This document shows positions 18,926 through 27,397 of a DNA stretch of 64,000 nucleotides, piece after piece. Origin of the DNA: Patescibacteria group bacterium (GTDB lineage Bacteria > Patescibacteriota > Microgenomatia > UM-FILTER-40-11); assembly GCA_035530075.1 (NCBI GenBank), contig DATKVM010000005.1, positions 231,006 through 295,005 on the forward strand. The letters are read 5' to 3'. Position 1 is the first letter of the stretch. Each line of letters starts with the position of its first letter. The translations under genes were made by a program, and so were the position numbers. The notes under the pieces were generated by a model. It saw only the letters and a list, made by a program, of their open reading frames with translations, did no database searches and was not told where the DNA came from.

Positions 18926-20347
18926 TCATTCATCTTTAATTCCAACATAAAACCTGCCGGTGGCGACACAAACACCCTTATTTATGGCATAGCAATCAAC
19001 CCAATGCATACCTGGGTATTGGGTGTGTTCTTCTTTAAAGTCTGAGTCTCCCTCGCAAAAATGAAATTCGTTTCCTCTCCAACCGCCTATGCGTGCCATT
19101 TCTAATGCCGGAAGTCCATTATTAACCACTAACCACCTTATTTCATCATATACAAGTCCATTAATATCTGGTGAAAAATATAAGGAATATTCCTTGCTAA
19201 GATATTCTCCTGAAGTCATTGACCTTGTGCCATTAAGTACCTCAAGTTGAAACTTAGAAAATGGTTTTGGAATATTCTTGAAAGAAGGAGGATTTTTAAC
19301 CTTTTCTGAGCGCTTGACCTTGCAGGAAACGTTAATTTTTGAGGGGTTAGGAGCAAAAGGCCATGGCGGATTAGCAATGAGACTCTCCCTCAAAGCAGAA
19401 TATACTTCTTCTCTTTCTTCCTCTGGCATGTTTATAAATTCACCTAATGCTTTGGAGGCAAAATCCACGGCTAATTTTCTTTGCACTCCCGTTTTATCTT
19501 CATTCAAATAACTGTCCACAAAAATATTGCTCTCTGCCATATCTGGTATTGCTGGTTTCTCTAGCCATTGCCCCATATTCTTAAGGAAATAACAAACTGC
19601 ATCATAAAAATTAATACCTTTATTCTGGGCAAAGATGTTTGTGATAACTAGCTCAAGATGAAAGGATTTCAGCTCAAACTCGGTTAATCCGGCATTACAC
19701 GACTTTTTCCAAACTTTAGCAAACTTGACGGATTTTCTATAACTAGGATTTGAATTTAAATTTAAAGCTTGTTTGATGTAGCCTTTGGGGTCAGACAAAA
19801 TCCAGGGAATTTTCCCCCCACTAACGCTATATTTCTTGGCCCAATTGCCCCGGTGCATTTTCTGGATTTCTGGAACCAAATAAATATCGTCTCCATACCT
19901 GTTTTTTCTTCCAGATTTTAAAGCGGGAACAACATCTATGGAAAAACCCTTTTCTTTTGGAAAAGCGATGCTAACTGAGTGTGTTTGGTCTGCGTCAATT
20001 TCTACTTCTTCTCCTATTTTACGATAACCTTCGGCCAAAATTGAAGCTAAGCTTTGTAATGGGTCTTTAACATCAAAATAGAAGGGTTCACCTTGCTTAG
20101 CGCTTGAAAAAAGCTTACTTCCGGTTACTTGAAAAGCTTCAGGTAATACCCATATTATGTCAAGGTCGTGAACGGGGGTTACTGAAGTTTCTCTAACATA
20201 TGAACCGCTTTGAAAAATTTCATTCCCAGGTAATATCTCTTGAAGGTCGCTGTAATGTTTTGAAATAACTTCTCTTTCCTCCGCCGGGGGCGATAAATAC
20301 TTGCGACAAAACTCCTCTAAGGTGGTATTAACTTCGTCTTGGTTCAT
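18926..20347 (-). CDS. CD-NTase/SMODS cyclic-oligonucleotide synthase with C-terminal AGS-C domain (CBASS)
   Basis: GSYVRETSV..HDLDI, IDVVPA, SDPK, LKSFHLEL; C-term RWLVVNNG..RG..EHTQYPGMHWVDCYAINKG matches AGS-C. Confidence 0.85.
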   Translation of the reverse strand: MNQDEVNTTLEEFCRKYLSPPAEEREVISKHYSDLQEILPGNEIFQSGSYVRETSVTPVHDLDIIWVLPEAFQVTGSKLFSSAKQGEPFYFDVKDPLQSLASILAEGYRKIGEEVEIDADQTHSVSIAFPKEKGFSIDVVPALKSGRKNRYGDDIYLVPEIQKMHRGNWAKKYSVSGGKIPWILSDPKGYIKQALNLNSNPSYRKSVKFAKVWKKSCNAGLTEFELKSFHLELVITNIFAQNKGINFYDAVCYFLKNMGQWLEKPAIPDMAESNIFVDSYLNEDKTGVQRKLAVDFASKALGEFINMPEEEREEVYSALRESLIANPPWPFAPNPSKINVSCKVKRSEKVKNPPSFKNIPKPFSKFQLEVLNGTRSMTSGEYLSKEYSLYFSPDINGLVYDEIRWLVVNNGLPALEMARIGGWRGNEFHFCEGDSDFKEEHTQYPGMHWVDCYAINKGVCVATGRFYVGIKDE

Positions 20348-20891
20348 ATCGGTACGAGGACATAATGGAAAAAATATCGCTCACTAAGCGAAGTGGCATG
20401 CTTGATAGAGCATACCATTTGTAATCTTTAATTATTTCCTTATGTTTATCGTCAAGTTGGTAGCCTATTTCAAAGGTATAAATAATTAAGGGTTTATCGG
20501 CTCGCTTGACCATTTGAAAAAAATCGTCAAAGTCATTCATTCCCCTATGGTATCCCAGTATTATAATGCCAGCTTCATCAATATCTTTCTGGTCAATAGC
20601 ATGGAAATCGGTTACAACTCCTTTAGAGACATTAAAATAGCCTGAACTCTTAAGAACGCCAAGTTCCCGTTCCATGTCTTTTGTTCCGCCATCAGTTCTT
20701 TTTCCCCCGGGCGGACAAAAAATAAAAACCTTTTTGCCTAAATTCTTCCCAAGTCTCCAAAAAACTTTGGCCGAACGACTGAAGATAACAATATACCCCA
20801 CAAAGACCAATAAAAGACCGCCAGCGGCTTTTAAAATATCCCAGAGGCTAAGGATGGTAGCAACATTGTTGATGTTCGTATCGGTTTCCAT
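20328..20891 (-). CDS. Putative CBASS effector: N-terminal TM plus Rossmannoid domain
   Basis: Overlaps the CD-NTase start by 20 nt; TM, then alpha/beta (VFIF, IIILGY, PLIIYT); start ATG20891 preferred. Confidence 0.6.
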   Translation of the reverse strand: METDTNINNVATILSLWDILKAAGGLLLVFVGYIVIFSRSAKVFWRLGKNLGKKVFIFCPPGGKRTDGGTKDMERELGVLKSSGYFNVSKGVVTDFHAIDQKDIDEAGIIILGYHRGMNDFDDFFQMVKRADKPLIIYTFEIGYQLDDKHKEIIKDYKWYALSSMPLRLVSDIFSIMSSYRYEPRRS

Positions 20892-20897
20892 TTTGCC

Positions 20898-20917
20898 TGT
20901 CAAATAAGTGCTTGACA
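20898..20917. promoter_or_regulatory. Divergent -35 pair / palindrome TGTCAA-N8-TTGACA
   Basis: Lies in the 57-bp gap between the CBASS operon and lexA. Confidence 0.5.
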
Positions 20918-20948
20918 TTATTGTAGATATACCATAAACTTACTATAG

Positions 20949-21545
20949 ATGCAAGAGGTAAAACCATTAACAGAGCGCCAAAAACTTGTTCTTAGTTTCA
21001 TAGCCACTTTCTTAAAGGAAAAAGGGTTTTCTCCTTCACTTAAAGAAATTGCCCGTTTTATTGAAACCGATAACCTCAGTTCGGCCCAATATTTTGTTAA
21101 AGAACTTGAGGAGAAGGGATATTTAAGGAAGAATGCCAATAAATCAAGGGGCATTGCTCCAATTCCTATTCGGTCTTCCATCCCCTTACTTGGATATATT
21201 GCGGCAGGGAAACCCATTGACCCCATGGAGAACCCGGAGGAGATTTCTGTTCCCTCAAGTATTACGATTGATACTCGTTATCCTCATTATGCCCTCAAGG
21301 TTAAAGGCGATAGCATGATTGATATGGGAATCTTAAACGGCGATATCGTTATAATTAAACATCAACTAACTGCGGATAATGGGGATGTCGTAGTCGCCGT
21401 TACAGAACACGGAGCAACACTGAAAATCCTGAAAAAAAGTGGCAGTAAAGTTCTTTTAGAACCGAGGAATAAAAACTATCAAACTATCTATCCTAAACAA
21501 TTGGAAATCAGAGGGAAATTTGTTGGGCTAATAAGAGGAGAATGA
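20949..21545 (+). CDS. lexA: LexA-family repressor
   Basis: LTERQ..PSLKEIA wHTH, IAAG cleavage site, GDSM serine, ATLK lysine. Confidence 0.9.
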   Translation: MQEVKPLTERQKLVLSFIATFLKEKGFSPSLKEIARFIETDNLSSAQYFVKELEEKGYLRKNANKSRGIAPIPIRSSIPLLGYIAAGKPIDPMENPEEISVPSSITIDTRYPHYALKVKGDSMIDMGILNGDIVIIKHQLTADNGDVVVAVTEHGATLKILKKSGSKVLLEPRNKNYQTIYPKQLEIRGKFVGLIRGE

Positions 21546-21657
21546 GTTGGTTTTACCAGTCTTACCCAGTGGTAAGTATAGTGAAAGCCCATTTGTTCCC
21601 ACGCGTGGACTCCCTTCGGTTCCCTCAGGGCAAGCCCTTAGGAAACTCAGGGTAAAC

Positions 21658-21781
21658 TTCACGCCTTCCAGACCTAACAAGCCTGCCTGCCGGTGGGCAA
21701 GTTTAGACCTAATTGTTGGGCGAGGGGGTGAAAGAAGTTAGATTAAGAAAATTTAGCTTGCTCTGAAACGACTTTCGAACT
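21658..21781 (+). repeat. Array repeat R4
   Basis: CCTTCCAGACCTAACAAG..GTTTAGACCTAATTGTTGGGCGAGGGG..AAGTTAGATTAAGAAAATTTAGC..TTCGAACT. Confidence 0.85.
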
Positions 21782-22303
21782 TTAAACATTTCGGGCTTGT
21801 AACTTTGGTAATAGCGCCTTGTATCGTTTAATTTTGGTTTGTTTAGTTAACATGGCGTATCTGGGCGAAGGAGATGGTAGGCAAATCAACTCTATCTTAG
21901 TGTATTGTTGGATTATATCCTTGAACTGTCTTTTAAACATTTTTTCTACATGGCGACTGGTGAAAAAGATTTTCTCGATAGTATGGTTTTTGAGGATAGT
22001 TGTGACCCCATTAGTGTTATAGACGATATTAAATAAGTTTATATCTAAATTACTATTTTTCTTTCTTTCGCAGGATAAGATTATATCTACTAGTGCCATC
22101 TTTAGTTGTACAAAAAGCCCTTGCTGCCTTTCTTTAGTACTGAAGTCGGAACTATAAACTTCTTCCATGATTGGCCAGAACTGATTGCGACCGTTTGCAT
22201 AAAACCAGTCGTAAGGACTTGAGGGTTTAGTTACAAAACTTCCCAGCATTAAATACTTTACTTTCTCAGGAACAAAGTCTCCAAACGGATGCGTTTCAAC
22301 CAT
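21782..22303 (-). CDS. Uracil-DNA glycosylase superfamily (hypoxanthine/MUG-like)
   Basis: HPF..LMLGSF..FYANGRNQFW..LPSPSP. Confidence 0.85.
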   Translation of the reverse strand: MVETHPFGDFVPEKVKYLMLGSFVTKPSSPYDWFYANGRNQFWPIMEEVYSSDFSTKERQQGLFVQLKMALVDIILSCERKKNSNLDINLFNIVYNTNGVTTILKNHTIEKIFFTSRHVEKMFKRQFKDIIQQYTKIELICLPSPSPRYAMLTKQTKIKRYKALLPKLQARNV

Positions 22304-22319
22304 GGGAATATTATACTGT

Positions 22320-22437
22320 AGTTCGAGTCCACGCCGGGTTCAGTGTAACAAGTTTAGACCTGATTGGTGGGCGAGGGGAAGGTTAGGAGAAGTTAGATTA
22401 AGAAAATTCAGCCCCCATCATGGACGAAGTTCGAACT
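22320..22437 (+). repeat. Array repeat R5 (most complete)
   Basis: AGTTCGAGTCC..GTAACAAGTTTAGACCTGATTGGTGGGCGAGGGG..AAGTTAGATTAAGAAAATTCAGCCCCCATCATGGACGAAGTTCGAACT. Confidence 0.9.
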
Positions 22438-22445
22438 AGTTTAGC

Positions 22446-23048
22446 TTAAGGATTGAAGTTTTGGGCCTTTTCAAAAATCTCAGAAAGTAAATGATAATAA
22501 CTTTTCGCTTCTTCTTTTACTTCTGGCAGAGAAATAATTGCTATTTTTTCCTCTAATTTCTGCTTAGCATATCTTAGTAAATCCTCAAATGCCATTCCTC
22601 TTTTACCTAAAGAAGAAATAAAGGCAAATACTCCTCTTGGGTGAAGAAATTTAAAGCAATCAGCATTAGCGCAGATTTCTGCCTCAATACTGGGATATTT
22701 CTTCATACCGTGGTGACTTGAAATACAATCTGAAATTTCTTTAATAATCTTTTTATCTAAATCTAAGGGTCTTATTGCTAATAAAGTTGCCTTAAGGGAC
22801 ATTTGAACATGGTCTTTCATTCTATTATTCAGGAAAGCTTCTCCCATTTTCAGGTCCATAAAATTCAGACAGGCTAAAATAAAATCTTCATTTGCCTTGT
22901 AGGCTTTCGCCAATTCTTTCCCATAGGCTAAACAAATTTTATGGTTTTCTATTGGAGGTATATCTGTCTTTTCAACCTCCTTTTTTAGAAGTTTTTCAGA
23001 AATTTCTAAGAGATTTTTGTTAAAATCATTCATACCCAATTTTATCAT
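22446..23048 (-). CDS. HD-domain-like protein
   Basis: H..D..H..SHHG..EICANADC pattern. Confidence 0.65.
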   Translation of the reverse strand: MIKLGMNDFNKNLLEISEKLLKKEVEKTDIPPIENHKICLAYGKELAKAYKANEDFILACLNFMDLKMGEAFLNNRMKDHVQMSLKATLLAIRPLDLDKKIIKEISDCISSHHGMKKYPSIEAEICANADCFKFLHPRGVFAFISSLGKRGMAFEDLLRYAKQKLEEKIAIISLPEVKEEAKSYYHLLSEIFEKAQNFNP

Positions 23049-23089
23049 AAACTAAAAAGCCCAATTTTAAGGGCTTTCTGAAGCTAGCT

Positions 23090-23208
23090 CCGTAATCCTA
23101 GGATTAATCTTGCCTGCCGGTTGCATGTCGCCAAAGGCTTTCGCCGACGGCACGCAGGCAAGTTTAGACCTAATTGGTGGGCGGGGGGAGGGTTGGGAGG
23201 AGTTTGGA
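23090..23208 (+). repeat. Array repeat R6
   Basis: CGTAATCCTAGGATTAATC..CAAGTTTAGACCTAATTGGTGGGCGGGGGGAGGGTTGGGAG. Confidence 0.85.
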
Positions 23209-23382
23209 TCTCCAAAGACAACTACCAGTCGTCGCTGGGCAGTTCTCTTAACATATCTGAACGACCCGACTCAAATCCTTCTTGCCGGCCAAAGAAAAAA
23301 TGTTTCCATGACTCAACAATATTTCCAATATTTCCACTCCCGGAGTGGAATAGTTCTCGCACTGAAGCTAAACAACGCTCCG

Positions 23383-23628
23383 CTAGCGATGAGAAGGCTT
23401 TTCTAAACCCAGTGCGACTTGACGAGCGCAATTATCTCTGTGACCCAACTCCTGGTCGCCTCTGCACCAAGGGCACCTTGGATAAACATTAGCCTCATTC
23501 ACATATGTCATGACGAACTCGACTTGCTGTAGTGCCCCTCGCAACAATGTTATTTGTTCTTCTGGAGACATCGATATCTCTCCCCCCGGTGAACCGCCTT
23601 CTTTTTCCCTTTTAACCATCCTTTCCAC
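23383..23628 (-). CDS. Hypothetical protein (CPWC..H..C)
   Basis: 81-aa ORF with SD-like GAGGGAG upstream. Confidence 0.4.
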   Translation of the reverse strand: MERMVKREKEGGSPGGEISMSPEEQITLLRGALQQVEFVMTYVNEANVYPRCPWCRGDQELGHRDNCARQVALGLEKPSHR

Positions 23629-23703
23629 CTCCCTCTAGGCAGAGATTAAGAACAATTCATCCTAAATCTACTCTTTCTGCTTATTATTGTCAAAAAATTC
23701 CTT

Positions 23704-23764
23704 TTTAGACCCAATTGGTGGGCGAGGGGAGGGTTGGAAGAGGTTAGATTAGAAATTCAACTCC
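23704..23764 (+). repeat. Array repeat R7
   Basis: TTTAGACCCAATTGGTGGGCGAGGGGAGGGTTGGAAGAGGTTAGATTAGAAATTCAACTCC. Confidence 0.85.
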
Positions 23765-23895
23765 TCAATCTTGAGATTATTATAGTAACAATCGAGAAAG
23801 TATTAAAGGCTTTTGAGAACGTTATCCAAATGGAGTTGGTAAGGGTCAGGTGGGAAGAAATCCAAAGATTTCAAATTAAATCCACTTCTGTTTAA

Positions 23896-24660
23896 TCAAG
23901 GTTTCCTTGCGACAATAACTACTCTATGTCTTGGGAATTTAATTCCCTTCTTTGTCCTAAACTTCGCCACATATTTCTCTAAGAATTTCATATCTTTCTC
24001 GGAATCAAAATCTTCAAATATGGGAACTCCTTGTAAAAATAGGTCTAAATCTTCATAAGAAGCATAGTATTCGTCATAGAAATAATCTTGAGCAAAGATG
24101 ATTTCAAACCCTGCGTCTTTAAGCTCCCATTTATCCTCTTCTAGTCTCGAAGCATTCCACTCTTTATATCCTTGACCACGACCAAATATTTCTTTAATTG
24201 ATTGACAGTCTTTTTCTCCAATGTTTATACCAACAAAGTAACCACCTGATTTTAATAGTCTATGAAACTCGGAAAAAGGTGTCGGGCCGCGACGACTAAA
24301 TATTAAATCAAAAGATTTATCGGAAAATGATGTTTTGCTGGCATCCTGCAGTTCAAAAATAACATTTTTGACTTGTAAAATATTTTGCTTTTGCCTGGCA
24401 ATTTTTAATAATCCTTTGGATATGTCAATTCCTGCGATACTTAAAAAATATTTTGCTATTTGGAAAGCAAACTTTCCGTCACCGCATCCAGCGTCGAGAG
24501 CAATTTTGTTTTTATTTGCCAAACCAAGTAGTTTTTTCTTAAAAATTTTCTCAGGATCTCCATTCGGATATTCGGAAAGGTGTTCTACATGACTTTTACC
24601 AAAGGCGTATCCACCGAATTTCTTAGCCACTTTATCGTAGAAGTTTGATGACATAAGCAT
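23896..24660 (-). CDS. Class I SAM-dependent methyltransferase
   Basis: ALDAGCGDG, FDLIFSRRGP. Confidence 0.88.
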   Translation of the reverse strand: MLMSSNFYDKVAKKFGGYAFGKSHVEHLSEYPNGDPEKIFKKKLLGLANKNKIALDAGCGDGKFAFQIAKYFLSIAGIDISKGLLKIARQKQNILQVKNVIFELQDASKTSFSDKSFDLIFSRRGPTPFSEFHRLLKSGGYFVGINIGEKDCQSIKEIFGRGQGYKEWNASRLEEDKWELKDAGFEIIFAQDYFYDEYYASYEDLDLFLQGVPIFEDFDSEKDMKFLEKYVAKFRTKKGIKFPRHRVVIVARKP

Positions 24661-24789
24661 ATTTTACTACTCTTTTAGACCTCACGTCTGACTGTTTTTA
24701 CCCCGCTATTGGATTCAAAACATACGATTTAGTTTTCTAACACAGACTTTTTCTAAGTGGCTTTAGAAAAATAGTCTTTTATAGCTTTG

Positions 24790-24941
24790 CACCTTCCAGG
24801 CCTAACAAGTTTAGACCTAATTGGTGGGCGAGGGGAGAGTTGGGAAAAGTTAGATTAAGAAAATTCAGTTCACACTGAGTCCTTCGATAGACTCAGGGTA
24901 AATTTATCGAAGTGCCCGCCGGATGGAACGATTTTTTAACC
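24790..24941 (+). repeat. Array repeat R8 with inserted hairpin
   Basis: CACCTTCCAGGCCTAACAAGTTTAGACCTAATTGGTGGGCGAGGGG..AAGTTAGATTAAGAAAATTCAG, then a CTGAGTC..GACTCAG hairpin, then CCCGCCGGATGGAACGATTTTTTAACC. Confidence 0.88.
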
Positions 24942-25011
24942 TTAAGCTGGGTTGAGTCCGTCAAGTTTCATCCTATTGAACTATCGCAACTTCCTTCTAT
25001 AAAATAAGTAT

Positions 25012-25545
25012 TTATTTTTTTAATTCCTTAGTAGTACTTCCTTGCTCCAATAATCGGAAAATATCTAAGACGTAATCCGGCCAAATCCATTCAATGAATT
25101 TAACTCCGTTATTTTCTTCAACCGCTTGGATTATCTTAGAAAGAGGAACATTGTCTCGGGCAAGTCCTTGTTTTTCTAAATCAAGAATTTCTTCCAGTGT
25201 GAACCACTCAACAGTCTTTATTTCTTCCTCCAATCTATTGCCGAGCCTTTCAAAACCTTCTCCGTAAAAGACAAAACTTAAAAGATAAATCGTGTTATTT
25301 AAAGTTCCCTGGACAACCGTGCCTAGACGAACAATGTTAGTTTTACCTCCCGTTTCTTCAACCAATTCTCGTTTGGCTGCTTCCGCGACACTCTCTTCTT
25401 TATTTACCTCGCCATGGGGAAAAGTCCACTTGCCCTTGGAGTGAGTATTGATATGACCATAAACTTTATCGGTCGCTTCCTGAACCAGTAGATATTTACC
25501 ATTATCTTTGACCAGGCAATTAGCCAAAATTATTGGGCGTATCAT
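25012..25545 (-). CDS. NUDIX hydrolase
   Basis: PHGEVNKEESVAEAAKRELVEETG. Confidence 0.85.
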   Translation of the reverse strand: MIRPIILANCLVKDNGKYLLVQEATDKVYGHINTHSKGKWTFPHGEVNKEESVAEAAKRELVEETGGKTNIVRLGTVVQGTLNNTIYLLSFVFYGEGFERLGNRLEEEIKTVEWFTLEEILDLEKQGLARDNVPLSKIIQAVEENNGVKFIEWIWPDYVLDIFRLLEQGSTTKELKK

Positions 25546-25744
25546 TTAAGTAGATTATAGCAAATGTTCGAATCCTGTCTGGGGTATAAAGTTATTAGGA
25601 TAATATTTGAGGCTAAAAAAATTTGCTCCTCTATCTAGACACTATACGAACTAGAGAGTGGGTTAGTAGTTTTTTATGCTAAAAATTATCACTTCATCTA
25701 ATAAAATGGGGTTAAAGAGCATTAGTTTATTATATAATGTACCT

Positions 25745-26485
25745 ATGCTTGATGAAGAGGAAGCCGTTGTAATTACAGTAGAAGAGGAAGATTGGCAAAC
25801 TCGATATTTTAAAGAAAAAGGTAAGCCTACACAAGAAAGAACAGTAATTATTCAAGGACATGTAATAAATATTGTTAATTACGATCACGAATTTGTTTTT
25901 ACAGGAACTCATTTAAAAGAGCTCCAAGAATTTGTTACAAGAGCTAAAGAACTTAATCCTAATTTATTAAGAAACTTTAAAAAAATAGTTTTTGGTGATA
26001 CCCAACCTCCCAGTAGATACAATGACGAAGAAAAACATCCTTTTAATGGGACGACACTTATCTCAGAAGATGGCGTGTGGTTTCATAAACGAGGTCAAAG
26101 AACTGATATTAGACATCGCACAGGTGATACTTCTAATTTTCAAGGAACACTAGCTCATGAAGTCATACACCTAAGCGAGAATCAAGTAGAACATCGGTGG
26201 AGAAAGGATTTTGAATGGCACTACTGTTCTGAATTTCAAAATGAATGGGAACAAACAGAAAATAAGGGTATATGGAGAAATAAGACAAATGGACGGAAGG
26301 CATTGGAAGGTCAATTTACCAAACATCCTGAGCGGTGCGTTACAGATTATGGAAGAATGACATGGGATGATGATTATGCTGATAGTGGTGTAGTGGCAGT
26401 ATTTAATCCTCAAAGACTACAAACTATTTGCCCTCAAAAATTAGAAGTAATTAGACAAGTAGGAAAAGAACCTGAAGTTGCTTAA
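25745..26485 (+). CDS. Hypothetical zincin-like protein
   Basis: LAHEVIH (HExxH), VTDYG..DDYAD; AT-rich. Confidence 0.55.
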   Translation: MLDEEEAVVITVEEEDWQTRYFKEKGKPTQERTVIIQGHVINIVNYDHEFVFTGTHLKELQEFVTRAKELNPNLLRNFKKIVFGDTQPPSRYNDEEKHPFNGTTLISEDGVWFHKRGQRTDIRHRTGDTSNFQGTLAHEVIHLSENQVEHRWRKDFEWHYCSEFQNEWEQTENKGIWRNKTNGRKALEGQFTKHPERCVTDYGRMTWDDDYADSGVVAVFNPQRLQTICPQKLEVIRQVGKEPEVA

Positions 26486-26518
26486 CATATCAATTAGCTT
26501 GATGTGAGGTTTTGTTTT

Positions 26519-26556
26519 CTCCCCCGTGTGGGCTCGAACCACGAACCAATCGCTTA
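26519..26556 (-). repeat. Duplicated 3' half of tRNA-Asn (att-like)
   Basis: CTCCCCCGTGTGGGCTCGAACCACGAACCAATCGCTTA vs 31772-31809 CTCCCCCGCGTGGATTCGAACCACGAACCGATCGCTTA (34/38). Confidence 0.9.
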
Positions 26557-26561
26557 TGGTT

Positions 26562-26632
26562 TCACACCTCCCAAGTGTAACAGCCTGCCTACTGGTAGAC
26601 AAGTTTAGACCTAATTGGTGGGCGAAGGGAGG
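26562..26632 (+). repeat. Array repeat R9
   Basis: TTCACACCTCCCAAGTGTAACAG..CAAGTTTAGACCTAATTGGTGGGCGAAGGGAGG. Confidence 0.85.
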
Positions 26633-26641
26633 AACAAAGAA

Positions 26642-27106
26642 TTACTTCTTAGTTAATTTTTTGATAAAGTGCACCAAAGTTGAATGCTCTGTAAATCCTA
26701 ACTTCTTATGAAATTCAATACTTTCCTTATTCCAGTCCCAAGTGTCTGAACCCATTTCTTTACACCCCTTTGTCTTTGCCCATTCTTCAGCCTTCCTGAT
26801 TAATTCTTTGGCAATTCCTCTTTTGCGATATTTCTCTTTAACGTACAAGCCCTCAAGGTAACCAACAGGGTACTCATTTGCGCCTGGAATATGTTCTTCC
26901 TTAATTGAAGCGCTCACAAAAGCTACAAGAAGATGATCTTCTTTGCCGACAAATACGATATCTCTATCCGATCGCAAGATTCGGTTAAATTCTTCTTTTA
27001 TTTCCTTTTCCGAATGTTTTGGCCAAAGCAACAATCCCATTTTAACTAACTCTTCGAAATCTTCGTTGTTTGCCTTGACAATATTCATCATCTTTGATTC
27101 TATCAA
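26642..27106 (-). CDS. GNAT acetyltransferase, AAC(6')-I-like
   Basis: LWP..PVGYLEGLYV..RKRGIAKELI..EEWAKTKGCKEMGSDT..N..S..FHKKLGF. Confidence 0.8.
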   Translation of the reverse strand: MIESKMMNIVKANNEDFEELVKMGLLLWPKHSEKEIKEEFNRILRSDRDIVFVGKEDHLLVAFVSASIKEEHIPGANEYPVGYLEGLYVKEKYRKRGIAKELIRKAEEWAKTKGCKEMGSDTWDWNKESIEFHKKLGFTEHSTLVHFIKKLTKK

Positions 27107-27129
27107 GAATCGCCTGTTCTTCCAAAAAA

Positions 27130-27176
27130 GGTGGGCGAGGGGAGAATTGAGAGAAGGTGGATTAAGAAAATTCAGC
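27130..27176 (+). repeat. Array repeat R10, fused to pseudo-tRNA
   Basis: GGTGGGCGAGGGGAGAATTGAGAGAAGGTGGATTAAGAAAATTCAGC. Confidence 0.85.
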
Positions 27177-27259
27177 CCCGGTGGTAGGATTCGAACCTAC
27201 AACCTTTCACTAACAGGGAGCCGCGCTCCCTCCGCCAGTTGGCGGATCACTACGCCGGA
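27176..27259 (-). pseudogene. Pseudo-tRNA-Asn
   Basis: TCCGGCGTAG..CTGTTA..GTAGGTTCGAATCCTAC-CACCGGGG; D-arm replaced by TCCGCCAACTGGCGGA hairpin; anticodon stem broken. Confidence 0.7.
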
Positions 27260-27397
27260 ATATCCCCATAATAGCAAGTTTAAGGCCAAAGGGCCAGGGT
27301 AAATTTGCTAGGCAAAAAAGAACTCTAGCCTGGTCTTAAACTGACTCTCTTGGTATCGCCAGAAAAAAGGCGTATGCTAAAGTGAAGGAGAATACAT

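Noticed and set aside
21547-21741. Short ORFs over repeats (also 23110-23492, 26526-26711, 26943-27302, 28929-29126, 30229-30429)
   Set aside because: They are translations of the non-coding repeat (shared FRPNWW / SLDLIG peptides), not genes.
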